DNA of 64,000 nucleotides, taken from positions 67,926 through 131,925 of the forward strand of contig CAWGVS010000003.1 in assembly GCA_963826115.1 (NCBI GenBank), written 5' to 3'. This document shows positions 24,265 through 33,057 of this stretch, in pieces. A program made the position numbers and the translations under genes. This DNA comes from an uncultured Candidatus Rokubacteria bacterium (lineage in GTDB: Bacteria; Methylomirabilota; Methylomirabilia; Rokubacteriales; DASRDR01). The stretch's first letter is position 1, and each line of letters starts with the position of its first letter. Under the pieces are notes generated by a model. It made no database searches, had not been told where the DNA came from, and worked only from the letters and a program-made list of their open reading frames with translations.

Positions 24265-24645
24265 ATGGCTGAAGAGAAGAAGCTCCCGGTCCTTCCGGAC
24301 GACGAGATCGAGCGGCGGCTCGCCCAGGAGCTGCCGGGCTGGTGGTACGAGGGCCGCTGGATCCGCCGGAAGTACAACACGGACGGCTGGCTCACGACGC
24401 TCGCGATGGTCAACACGATCGGCTACGTCGCCGAGGCCGCCTGGCACCATCCGGACCTCGAGGTGACGTGGGGCAAGGTGTGGGTGAAGCTGCGCACCCA
24501 CTCGAGCAACGGTGTCACGGAGCGGGACTTCGCGCTGGCCAAGCGCCTCGAGGACGCGGTCCTGTGGCGCCCGGGCTCGGGCTCCCACATGGAGGGCACG
24601 CCCAACAAGTGGGTGAAGGGCGGGAGCCCCGATAAGCCCGCCTGA
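24265..24645 (+). CDS. pterin-4a-carbinolamine dehydratase (PCD/DCoH)-family protein
   Basis: ATG 24265 follows GGAGGG. LPGWWYEGRWIRRKY...AEAAWHHPDLEVTWGKVWVKLRTHS is the classic PCD core (HHPD...V...L.TH). Confidence 0.8.
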   Translation: MAEEKKLPVLPDDEIERRLAQELPGWWYEGRWIRRKYNTDGWLTTLAMVNTIGYVAEAAWHHPDLEVTWGKVWVKLRTHSSNGVTERDFALAKRLEDAVLWRPGSGSHMEGTPNKWVKGGSPDKPA

Positions 24646-24667
24646 GCGGAGGGCCACCGACCCGCCC

Positions 24668-26050
24668 GTGCCCAAGACGCTCTTCGTCACCGGCAAGCTC
24701 GCCGAGCCGGCGCTCCGGGCGACGCTCGCCCGGATGGCGCCGGACTTCCCCTACGAGGTGGTGGTCCTGCGGATCACCGTCGCCGCGCTCATGACGACCT
24801 CCTGGATCGCGAAGCACCTCACGGACGTCTCCGGCTCGGAGCGCATCGTCATCCCGGGTCTCTGCGAGGGCGACGTGCGGGCGATCGAGGACCGGTGGGG
24901 CGTGAGGGCCGAGAAGGGGCCCACCGACCTCCGGGACCTGCCGGAGCACTTCGGTCAGGCGGCGCTCCGGGAAGAATACGGCGCCCACGACATCCGGATC
25001 TTCGCGGAGATCAACAACGTCCCGTACCTCCCCCGCGAGGAGGTGGTGCGGGCAGCGGAGTACTACCGGGCGAGCGGCGCCGACGTCGTCGACCTCGGCT
25101 GCTCCCTCGACCGGAAGTTCGACGACGTCGCCGAGGTCGTGGGCCTCCTGAAGGCCCGCGGGTTCACCCTCAGCATCGACACCCTCGACCCCGGGGAGAT
25201 CGCCGCCGCCGACCGGGCCGGCGTCGACTACGTGCTGAGCCTGAACGGCCGGAACCTCGACCTGGCCGACACGCTCCGGGCCACGCCGGTCCTCATCCCG
25301 GACTCGCCCGCCGAGCTCGACACCCTGGACCGGAGCATCGCCCGTCTCGAGGCGCTCGGGCATCCCTACATCGTGGATCCGGTGATCGAGCCGATCGGGT
25401 TCGGCTTCGCGGCGGCGCTCGACCGCTACGTGCAGGTCCGGGCGCGCCACCCCGCGGTCGAGATCCTGATGGGCATCGGCAACATCACGGAGCTGACCGA
25501 CGCCGACACCACCGGGATGAACGCGCTCCTGATCGGCTTCTGCCAGGAGCTCGGCGTCCGTCACGTGCTCACGACCGAGGTCATCCCGTGGGCGCGCGGC
25601 TCGGTGCGGGAGATCGACGTGGCCCGCCGTCTGATGTACGCGGCCCGCCAGCGCGGCGTCCTCCCGAAGCACGTCGACGACCGGCTGCTCACGGTCAAGG
25701 ACGCGCGACCGAAGTACTACGCGGAGGCGGAGCTCCGGGAGCTCCACCGCGCGATCACCGATCCGAACTTCCGCATCGCGACGACGCGCGATGCGATCTG
25801 CGTGTTCAACAACCGCCTGTTCGTGACCGGCACGGACATCCAGGCGATCTTCGAGCAGCTCGACGTCCAGGACCCCGCCCACGCGTTCTACCTCGGCAAG
25901 GAGCTGATGAAGGCCCGCCTCGCGCTCCTCCTCGGCAAGACCTACGTGCAGGAGCAGCCGCTCCGCTGGGGCTACCTGACGCCCCCGCGCGAGGACACGG
26001 CCCACCGCCGCGTGCGGATCGAGGGACGCCGGAAGCCGCGGGACCAGTAG
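24668..26050 (+). CDS. dihydropteroate-synthase-like protein of H4MPT biosynthesis (MptH-type, N-terminal extra domain + pterin-binding barrel)
   Basis: 460-aa ORF with a GTG start. LFVTGKLAEP begins the N-domain. GADVVDLGC, SIDT, MGIGNITELTDADTTG and HVLTTE are pterin-binding-barrel-like. Confidence 0.75.
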   Translation: MPKTLFVTGKLAEPALRATLARMAPDFPYEVVVLRITVAALMTTSWIAKHLTDVSGSERIVIPGLCEGDVRAIEDRWGVRAEKGPTDLRDLPEHFGQAALREEYGAHDIRIFAEINNVPYLPREEVVRAAEYYRASGADVVDLGCSLDRKFDDVAEVVGLLKARGFTLSIDTLDPGEIAAADRAGVDYVLSLNGRNLDLADTLRATPVLIPDSPAELDTLDRSIARLEALGHPYIVDPVIEPIGFGFAAALDRYVQVRARHPAVEILMGIGNITELTDADTTGMNALLIGFCQELGVRHVLTTEVIPWARGSVREIDVARRLMYAARQRGVLPKHVDDRLLTVKDARPKYYAEAELRELHRAITDPNFRIATTRDAICVFNNRLFVTGTDIQAIFEQLDVQDPAHAFYLGKELMKARLALLLGKTYVQEQPLRWGYLTPPREDTAHRRVRIEGRRKPRDQ

Positions 26051-26123
26051 GGCTCCCTCCCCGGCCGGATCGGCAGGGAATGCCGGTCCGGGGCACGCCG
26101 TCCAACGTGGCAGGAGGGACGTC

Positions 26124-26375
26124 ATGGAGCGCACAGGTTCGTCGATCCCGAAGACCTCGGTCCGTCCCCCGCGCAGGGCGCTCGGCCTCGGCCTCGGCGC
26201 CGGGCTGCTGGCCCTCGCGGGCACCCTCGCGCTCGGCGGCTGCTACGTCGTGCCGGCCCACACGGCCTATGTCGCGCCGGCGCCCGTCTACGTGACGCCC
26301 GCCCCCGTGTACGTGGTGCCCGCGCCCAGGTACTACTACGGCGGGTACGGGTGGCGGGGCTACCGACGCTGGTGA
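26124..26375 (+). CDS. small Tyr/Pro/Gly-rich lipoprotein
   Basis: 83-aa ORF. LLALAGTLALGGC is a lipobox. The mature part consists of the repeats APAPVYV/TPAPVYV/VPAPRYY followed by YGGYGWRGYRRW. Confidence 0.55.
   Translation: MERTGSSIPKTSVRPPRRALGLGLGAGLLALAGTLALGGCYVVPAHTAYVAPAPVYVTPAPVYVVPAPRYYYGGYGWRGYRRW
26284..26346 (+). repeat. three tandem 21-nt (7-codon) units inside the small lipoprotein gene
   Basis: GCGCCGGCGCCCGTCTACGTG / ACGCCCGCCCCCGTGTACGTG / GTGCCCGCGCCCAGGTACTAC encode A/T/V-PAP-V/R-Y-V/Y. Confidence 0.6.
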
Positions 26376-26480
26376 GGAGCGTCCGACCGCGCCGATCGGT
26401 CCGCTGATCGCCGCCGCGCCTCCCGCGGCGCGTGGGGTAGGATTGTGGGACGCCGCAAGTCACCCCACCGGGAGGTGCGC

Positions 26481-27335
26481 GTGAAGAAGTTGCTCCTGCA
26501 GCTCGATCCCGACAAGCATCCCAGCGCGTTCGACCGCATCGTCGCCCACGACGCGGGCGCGGATGAGGTCCTGAGCTACGGCGGCGTGGCGCCGGCCGAC
26601 GTCACGCCGCTCGTGCACGGCGCGATCTTCACGCGCGGACCCGGCGAGCTCCGCAACACCGCGATATGGGTCGGCGGCACGGACGTCGGCCAGGCCGAGG
26701 CGCTGTTCGCCGCGGTCCAGAAGGCGTTCTTCGGCCCGTTCCGGGTCAGCGTGATGATGGACGCCAACGGGTGCAACACGACCGCCGCCGCCGCGGTGGC
26801 GCGGCTCGCCGGCGTGGTCACGCTCTCCGGCGCCCGGGCCGTCGTCCTGGGCGGAACCGGGCCGGTCGGGCTCCGGGCGGCGACGCTCCTGGCGCGCGAG
26901 GGCGCCGGCGTGACCCTCTGCTCGCGGTCCCACGAGCGGGCACGCGCCGCGTGCGAGCAGCTGAAGGCGCGCTTCGCGGTGGACGTGAGCCCGTGCGAGG
27001 CGTGGGACGAGGAGGGGGTGGCGCGCGCGCTCGAGGGCGCCGACGTCTGCCTGACCGCCGGCGCCGCCGGCATTCAATTCCTCCCGCGCTCCCTGTGGGC
27101 TCCGCACCCCGCGCTGAAGGCGCTCGCCGATGTGAACGCGGTCCCCCCGCTGGGCATCGGCGGCATCGAGGCGACCGACAAGGGGGCCGAGCGAGACGGC
27201 AAGCGCGTGTTCGGCGCGCTCGGCATCGGCGGCCTCAAGATGAAGGTCCACCGCGCGTGCGTGGCGAAGCTCTTCGAGCGAAACGACACCGAGCTGGACC
27301 TCGAGGCCATCTACGCTGCCGCGCGCGCCAGCTGA
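26481..27335 (+). CDS. mtdB: NAD(P)-dependent methylenetetrahydromethanopterin dehydrogenase (MtdA/MtdB family)
   Basis: GTG 26481 lies 5 nt after GGAGG. KKLLLQLDPDKHPSAFDRIV, FFGPFRVSVMMDANGCNTTAAA, VLGGTGPVG, PPLGIGGIEATDKG and FGALGIGGLKMKVHRACVAKLFE closely follow Mtd proteins. The A versus B subtype is not resolved. Confidence 0.85.
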   Translation: MKKLLLQLDPDKHPSAFDRIVAHDAGADEVLSYGGVAPADVTPLVHGAIFTRGPGELRNTAIWVGGTDVGQAEALFAAVQKAFFGPFRVSVMMDANGCNTTAAAAVARLAGVVTLSGARAVVLGGTGPVGLRAATLLAREGAGVTLCSRSHERARAACEQLKARFAVDVSPCEAWDEEGVARALEGADVCLTAGAAGIQFLPRSLWAPHPALKALADVNAVPPLGIGGIEATDKGAERDGKRVFGALGIGGLKMKVHRACVAKLFERNDTELDLEAIYAAARAS

Positions 27336-27371
27336 GGCACCCGCGGCGCGCTCGGGCCCCGCTCCCGACTG

Positions 27372-28466
27372 ATGCCGCGCGTCGTCGGCGTCGATCCCGG
27401 CACGCAGAGCGTGGACCTCTGCGGACTCGCGGACGGCCAGGTGTTCCTCGAAGCGTCGGTCCCGGCCGATGAGGGGGGCCGCGCCCCGGCGGCGCTGGTG
27501 GACCGGCTGGCCGCGGCGCTTCCCCTCGACCTGATCGTCGCGCCCTCCGGCTACGGGCTGCCGCTCGTCCCCGTCGCCCAGCTCGACCCGTCGCGCCTCG
27601 ACCTCGCGCTCCTCGTGCGACCCGAGGACCGCGCGCAGCCGGAGCGTGTCGGCGGCCTCCGCGCCATGCTCGAGGGGATGCAGGCGCGCGGGCTGCCGGC
27701 GGTTCTCCTGCCCGGCGTGGTGCACCTCGACACCGTGCCGGCGCACCGCAAGGTGAACCGCGTCGACATGGGCACCGCGGACAAGCTGTGCGTGGCCGCC
27801 CTCGGCATCTGGGACCAGAGCCGCCGCCTCGCGTGTTCGCCCGCCGAGACCGGATTCGTGCTGCTCGAGCTCGGTGGCTTCTTCACCGCCGCGCTCGCCG
27901 TCGAGGCGGGGTGCGTCGTCGACGGGATCGGCGGGAGCGCGGGAGGCCTCGGGTACCGCGCCCTCGGGACGCTCGACGGCGAGGTCGCCTACGTCCTCGG
28001 ACGGGTGCGGAAGTCGGCGCTCTTCACCGGCGGGGCCGCGTTCGTCGCCGGCGCGCCGGACCTCTCCCCCGAGGAGCTGGCGGCGCGCGCGACCCGGGAT
28101 CCGCGTGCCCGGATGGCCTGGGACGCGCTGATCGAGGCCGCGGCCAAGCTCGTGGCGGCGCTGAGGGTCACCGCGCCCGGCGCGCGCGAGGTGCTGCTCT
28201 CGGGACGCGTGGGCCGCGTGCCGACCGTCGTCGAGGCGCTCGAGCGTCGGCTCGCCGGCGCGCTCCCCGTGCGCCCCCTCGACCGCTTCACCGACCGCGT
28301 GAAGGAAGCGGCCCAGGGCGCGGCGCTGCTCGCGGACGGCCTCGCCGGCGGCCAGCATCGGGAGATCGTCGAGGCACTGCGCCTCCGCGCGAGCGGCGGC
28401 TCGGTGCTCGACCATCTCTACGTGGCGGGCGCGGACGAGGTGCGGCGCCGCTTCGGGCTGGCGTGA
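27372..28466 (+). CDS. ASKHA-fold protein (DUF1464-like), H4MPT-cluster associated
   Basis: 364-aa ORF. VVGVDPGTQSVDLCGL is an ASKHA phosphate-1 motif. MGTADKLC and LELGGFFTA are further motifs. The family is mostly archaeal. Confidence 0.5.
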   Translation: MPRVVGVDPGTQSVDLCGLADGQVFLEASVPADEGGRAPAALVDRLAAALPLDLIVAPSGYGLPLVPVAQLDPSRLDLALLVRPEDRAQPERVGGLRAMLEGMQARGLPAVLLPGVVHLDTVPAHRKVNRVDMGTADKLCVAALGIWDQSRRLACSPAETGFVLLELGGFFTAALAVEAGCVVDGIGGSAGGLGYRALGTLDGEVAYVLGRVRKSALFTGGAAFVAGAPDLSPEELAARATRDPRARMAWDALIEAAAKLVAALRVTAPGAREVLLSGRVGRVPTVVEALERRLAGALPVRPLDRFTDRVKEAAQGAALLADGLAGGQHREIVEALRLRASGGSVLDHLYVAGADEVRRRFGLA

Positions 28467-29584
28467 GGGTCCTGATCGCCGGACTCACGACCCGGGCCAT
28501 GGCCGAATCCGCGGCGCGCGCCGGCGCCGAGATCGTCACCGTCGATTACTTCGGCGACCTGGACCAGCGACGCCTCTGCGAGACCCACCCCCTGCGCGAC
28601 CACGGCTTCGGCTACTCGCCGTCGGCGATCCTCGAGGTCGCGCGCAGCCTCGCCTACGACGCCGTCGTCTACTGCGGAGGCCTGGAGAACCATCCCGACG
28701 TCGTCGCCGAGCTCGTCCGCGGCCGGGTGCTCCTCGGGAACGCGCCCGAGACGCTCCGCCGGGTGCGCGATCCGCGCGCGATCTTCGCCCGGCTGGCCGG
28801 CCGCGGCTTCGCGGTGCCCGCGACCCGCTTCCCGGACGATCCCCTGCCCGTGTCCGGCCGGTGGCTCCTGAAGCCGGCGCGCGGAGGCGGCGGCCAGGGC
28901 GTGCGCCCGTGGGGCGGCCGGCCCCCCGCGGCCACGGAGATCCTGCAGGAGGTCGTGGACGGCGTCAGCGGCTCGGCCTCGTTCGTGGCCGACGGGCGAC
29001 GGAGCATCGTCCTCGGCTGGACCGAGCAGCTCCGTCCGCCGCGAAGCTTCCGGTACGGCGGCAACGTCATGCCGCTCGAGGCCCGCGAGGCCACGCACGT
29101 GGAGGTCCGGGCGATTGCCGACGCGCTCACGGAGGAATACGGGCTCCGCGGTCTGAACGGCGTCGACTTCGTCCTGCGCGACGACCGGCCGGTCGTGCTC
29201 GAGGTAAACCCGCGGTACTGCGCGTCGATGGAGCTGGTCGAGCGCGCCCTCGGGGTATCCGTGTTCGGCCTCCACGTGGCCGCCTGCCGGGGTGATCTCC
29301 CCGCCCGGGTTGGCGAGGTCACCGGGGCGTGGGGCAAGGCGATCGTCTATGCGCGGCGAACGGTGGCGGCGCCGGACACGACGGCCTGGCTCGACCGGGG
29401 CGTCCGCGACGTGCCGCACCCCGGCGAGGTCATCCGCGCGGGCCACCCGATCTGCACGGTGCTGGCCACGGCGCCGACGCCGGCGCTCTGCAAGGCCGCG
29501 CTCGCCGAGGACGCCGCCCTGATCGAGGCTGCCTGCTCGCCGATCGACGGCCCCGACGCGGTCGACGGCGCCGAGGAAGCGTAA
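28463..29584 (+). CDS. ATP-grasp domain protein (predicted carboligase of H4MPT/methanofuran cofactor synthesis)
   Basis: GTG 28463 overlaps the previous stop (GTGA). LLKPARGGGGQGV, LQEVVDG, GLNGVDFVL and VLEVNPRY are ATP-grasp signatures. Confidence 0.65.
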   Translation: MRVLIAGLTTRAMAESAARAGAEIVTVDYFGDLDQRRLCETHPLRDHGFGYSPSAILEVARSLAYDAVVYCGGLENHPDVVAELVRGRVLLGNAPETLRRVRDPRAIFARLAGRGFAVPATRFPDDPLPVSGRWLLKPARGGGGQGVRPWGGRPPAATEILQEVVDGVSGSASFVADGRRSIVLGWTEQLRPPRSFRYGGNVMPLEAREATHVEVRAIADALTEEYGLRGLNGVDFVLRDDRPVVLEVNPRYCASMELVERALGVSVFGLHVAACRGDLPARVGEVTGAWGKAIVYARRTVAAPDTTAWLDRGVRDVPHPGEVIRAGHPICTVLATAPTPALCKAALAEDAALIEAACSPIDGPDAVDGAEEA

Positions 29585-29693
29585 CACCCGGGTCGCGGCG
29601 ACTTGATAGCTGTCCGCCGAGGCGGGCGAGGACTTCGGAGCCCGCGCGTGCCGCTACGTCGCCATCGACGGAAGGCCTGCAAGACCTGCTGAG

Positions 29694-30566
29694 CTAGGCC
29701 TTCACGCCCCTGCCGCTCCGCGGCTTCCACTCCATGACCACGTGACGCTGGACGCCGAGACGCTCGATCCCCATCTCCACGACGTCGCGCGGGACGAGGT
29801 AGCGCGGCGGCCGCGCGCCGTGGCCCACGCCGGCGGGCGTGCCGGTGGAGATCAGGTCGCCGGGCTGGAGCGACATGAACCGGCTCACGTAGGCCACCAG
29901 CATGCGCACCGGGAAGACCATGTGGCGGGTGTGGCCGTCCTGCCGGCGCACCCCGTTGACGGTCGTCCAGAGGCGCAGGTCCTGCGGGTCGGGAACCTCG
30001 TCGGCCGTGACCAGCCAGGGGCCCACGGGGCCGAAGGAGTCGGCGCTCTTGCCCTTGGTCGTGGTGCCGCCGTGCTCCATCTGGAACGCGCGCTCCGAGA
30101 CGTCGTTGACGATGGTGTAGCCGGCCACGTACGAGAGCGCGCGCGCCTCGTCCACGTAGCGCGCCTCGCGGCCGATGACCGCGGCCAGCTCCACCTCGTA
30201 GTCGAGCTTCGTCGCGTCACGCGGCCGCACGATGGGATCGCTCGGCCCCGAGAGGGCGCTGGGCGCCTTGATGAACACCGTGGGCTCGGCGGGAAGCGGG
30301 AGTCCCACCTCCTCGGCGTGGTCGGTGTAGTTGAGCCCGATGCACACCATCTTGCCGATCCCGGCCAGCGGGCAGCCGAGACGCGGTCGGCCCCGCACCG
30401 CGGGGAGGCGCGCGACCTTGAGGCCGCGGAGCCGCGCGAGACCGGCGGGGGCGAGGAGCGCGGGCGTGATGTCCCGCACGGCGCGGGAGACGTCGCGCAG
30501 TGTGCCCTCGTCATCGATCAGTCCCGGCTTCTCGTCGCCGGGACGGCCGTACCGGACGAGCTTCAT
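29694..30566 (-). CDS. fumarylacetoacetate hydrolase (FAH)-family protein
   Basis: 290-aa ORF. KMVCIGLNYTDHAEE, DYEVELAAVIG, YTIVNDVSER and PGDLISTGTPAGVG are FAH-family motifs. Confidence 0.85.
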   Translation of the reverse strand: MKLVRYGRPGDEKPGLIDDEGTLRDVSRAVRDITPALLAPAGLARLRGLKVARLPAVRGRPRLGCPLAGIGKMVCIGLNYTDHAEEVGLPLPAEPTVFIKAPSALSGPSDPIVRPRDATKLDYEVELAAVIGREARYVDEARALSYVAGYTIVNDVSERAFQMEHGGTTTKGKSADSFGPVGPWLVTADEVPDPQDLRLWTTVNGVRRQDGHTRHMVFPVRMLVAYVSRFMSLQPGDLISTGTPAGVGHGARPPRYLVPRDVVEMGIERLGVQRHVVMEWKPRSGRGVKA

Positions 30567-30620
30567 GGAAGGCGAGCGTAGCGCCCTTGGAGGACGCCCG
30601 CAACCGGACCGCGCCGCCGG

Positions 30621-32108
30621 TCAGCGCCGGCGCGCCGCCTCGATGGCCTGGGCGAGCCGCTCCATGCCGCGCCGCGCGGCGTCGGGACGCACCGCCGCGA
30701 AGCCGAGGACGAGGCCGTCCGGCCGGGGCGCCCGCCCCGCGAAGTACGCCGACAGCGGCGCCGCCTCGACCCCTCGGGCGGCGGCCTCCTCCGAGACGCG
30801 GCGGGCGTCCGCGCCGTCGAGGTCCGCGACGGCATGGAGGCCGGTCTGCACGGGCCGGACGCGGAGCGCGCCGCCGCAGAGTCGCGCCGCCGCCGACACC
30901 ATGGCCTCGAGCCGCTCGCGGTAGGCGACGCGCATCCGGCGGAGATGCCGGGCGAAGTGGCCGCCGACGATGAAGTCGGCCAGCACCGCCTGGTCGAGCG
31001 TCGGCGGGTGCTGGTCGGCGGCCGCCCGCGCGGCGACCAGCTGCGGCCGGAGGTCCGGGGGCACGATGAGGAAGCCGAGGCGGAGCGCCGGGAAGAGCGT
31101 CTTGCTGAAGCTCCCCACGTAGATCACGCGGCCGTCGGGATCGAGCCCGTGGAGGCACGGGATCGGCCGCGCCCCGTAGCGGAACTCGCTGTCGTAGTCG
31201 TCCTCGATGACCCACGCGCCCGCGTCACGGGCCCATGCGAGGAGGGCGAGCCGCCGCGGCAAGCTCATCGGCACGCCGAGCGGGTACTGGTGGGACGGCG
31301 TCACGTACGCGAGGCGCGCGTCGGCCGCGCGGCGGACGCCGTCGCCGACGTCCAGCCCCTCCGCATCGACGCGCACGGGGACGATCCGCGCGCCCGCCGC
31401 CCGCAGCGCGCTCCGTGCGCCGGGGTAGCCCGGCTCCTCGATCCAGGCGCGGTCACCCGGATCCAGGAGCAGGCGGCAGACGAGCTCGAATCCCTGCTGG
31501 GCGCCGGCCACCATCACGACCTGGTCGGGCTCGCAGCGCGTCCCCCGGGCGGTCTCCACGTGGCTCGCGATGGCCTCGCGGAGGACCCCGAGGCCCGCGG
31601 GGTCGCCGTAGTCGAGCTGCGCCGCCGTGACCATCCGCAGCCGGCGGCCGGCGAGCCGCTGCCAGAGCGCGACCGGAAAGAGGTCCACGCCGGGCGTGCC
31701 GAGCCGGAAGGGGCGCGGCGGCCCGCCCAGTCGGCGCGCGCCTTCTCGCACGGCCGCCACCGAGGCCCCGCGGCGGGACAACGCGGGATGCCGGAGCCTC
31801 GAGACCCGCCCGGCGCCGGCCCGCGCGACGAGGTCGTCCGGCAGCTCGTGGGCGACGGCCGTGCCGGAGCCCCGTCGTGCGGTGAGGTACCCCTCGGCCT
31901 GGAGCTGCTGCATCGCGAGGAGCGTGGTCGTGCGAGAGACGCCCAGGTCGACGGCAAGCGCGCGCGACGAGGGAATCCGCGTTCCTGGGCCGATCACGCC
32001 GTCGAGGATCGCGCGCCGGATGCTCGCGTAGATCTGCTGCTGAAGCCCCTCACGGAGCCGGGCGTCGAGGCGGACGAGGAGGCTCGGGGCCGCGCGCGGA
32101 GTGGCCAT
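30621..32108 (-). CDS. MocR/PdxR-type regulator (GntR wHTH fused to a fold-type I aminotransferase domain)
   Basis: Start ATG 32108 (MATPRAAPSLL) within ORF 30621..32231. IPSSRALAVDLGVSRTTTLLAMQQLQAEGYL is the wHTH. YVGSFSKTLFPALRLGF contains the PLP Lys. Confidence 0.85.
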   Translation of the reverse strand: MATPRAAPSLLVRLDARLREGLQQQIYASIRRAILDGVIGPGTRIPSSRALAVDLGVSRTTTLLAMQQLQAEGYLTARRGSGTAVAHELPDDLVARAGAGRVSRLRHPALSRRGASVAAVREGARRLGGPPRPFRLGTPGVDLFPVALWQRLAGRRLRMVTAAQLDYGDPAGLGVLREAIASHVETARGTRCEPDQVVMVAGAQQGFELVCRLLLDPGDRAWIEEPGYPGARSALRAAGARIVPVRVDAEGLDVGDGVRRAADARLAYVTPSHQYPLGVPMSLPRRLALLAWARDAGAWVIEDDYDSEFRYGARPIPCLHGLDPDGRVIYVGSFSKTLFPALRLGFLIVPPDLRPQLVAARAAADQHPPTLDQAVLADFIVGGHFARHLRRMRVAYRERLEAMVSAAARLCGGALRVRPVQTGLHAVADLDGADARRVSEEAAARGVEAAPLSAYFAGRAPRPDGLVLGFAAVRPDAARRGMERLAQAIEAARRR

Positions 32109-32229
32109 ATCCAGGGTCGTCTCTCCCGATCTACCGATCATACCAGCCCGGCGGAGCGGCCAAGTGGCCGCATGCCCCGGCGCGAAACTGGATCTCCGCT
32201 GGGCGCGCCGGCCGGTCGACAATCGGCGC

Positions 32230-33057
32230 ATGAGCCAGAGCCCGGCCGATGACCTGTTCGCCTTCGCGCGGTTCCACGCCCGTCCCGCCCACGAGGCCGC
32301 GGTGGCCGACGCGCTGCTCGACGTCGTCGGCCCTACCGGAGAGGAGCCCGGGTGCCTCGGCGTCCACGCGTACCGGTCTGCCCGCGACCCGCGACTCTTC
32401 TACATCCACTCCCGCTGGAGGGACGAGCCGGCGTTCGAGCGGCACGCCGTCCTGCCGCACACGGTCCGCTTCCTGGAGCGCGTGGGGCTCCTGATCGACC
32501 ACCCCCTCGACGTCGCGCGCACGCGACGGCTCGACAGGCCGGAGCTGGAATCCGCGCCCGCACTGCGCGGCCGGCCGGCGCGCGACGGCGCCCGCGACTT
32601 CGACTTCCTGGTCGGCCGGTGGCACATCCGCCACGAGCGGCTGCCGGAGCGCCTCCAGGGCTGCACGAAATGGGAGACGTTCGATGCCACCGGGGAGGCG
32701 CACCCGCTGCCCGGCGGCCTCGGCAACACGGACCACTTCCGCACGGACCACTGGCCGGGCTTCGTGGGGATGTCCGTCCGGCTCTACGACCCCCGAACGC
32801 GGCTGTGGAGCATCTACTGGGCCAGCACCCGAACCGGGTCGTTCGAGCCGCCCGTCGTCGGGTCGTTCGCCGACAGCGTGGGCGTGTTCGAGGGTCGCGA
32901 CATCCTCGATGGCCGGCCCATCCTCGTCCGCTTCGTCTGGTCGCGTATCACCGCGACCGGGGCACGCTGGGAGCAGGACTTCTCGCCGGACGAGGGACAC
33001 ACCTGGGAGAAGAACTGGATCATGACCTTCACGCGGGCGGAGCCCGAGGCGTCGTGA
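32230..33057 (+). CDS. two-domain protein: antibiotic-biosynthesis-monooxygenase (ABM) domain + DUF1579-like C-terminal domain
   Basis: ATG 32230, divergent from the MocR gene. FARFHARPAHEAAV...FYIHSRWRDEPAFERH is ABM-like. The C-terminal FDFLVGRWHI...WEKNWIMTF is lipocalin/DUF1579-like. Confidence 0.55.
   Translation: MSQSPADDLFAFARFHARPAHEAAVADALLDVVGPTGEEPGCLGVHAYRSARDPRLFYIHSRWRDEPAFERHAVLPHTVRFLERVGLLIDHPLDVARTRRLDRPELESAPALRGRPARDGARDFDFLVGRWHIRHERLPERLQGCTKWETFDATGEAHPLPGGLGNTDHFRTDHWPGFVGMSVRLYDPRTRLWSIYWASTRTGSFEPPVVGSFADSVGVFEGRDILDGRPILVRFVWSRITATGARWEQDFSPDEGHTWEKNWIMTFTRAEPEAS

Noticed and set aside
22272-24416. 714-aa minus-strand ORF across mfnB, SDR and PCD. Similar long shadows occur at 44563..46968, 57523..59439, 61243..63111, 35733..37526, 26460..28415 and 24515..26224
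   Set aside because: The same reasoning applies: extreme Arg/Gly/Pro composition, overlap with motif-bearing genes, and no start-site signals.
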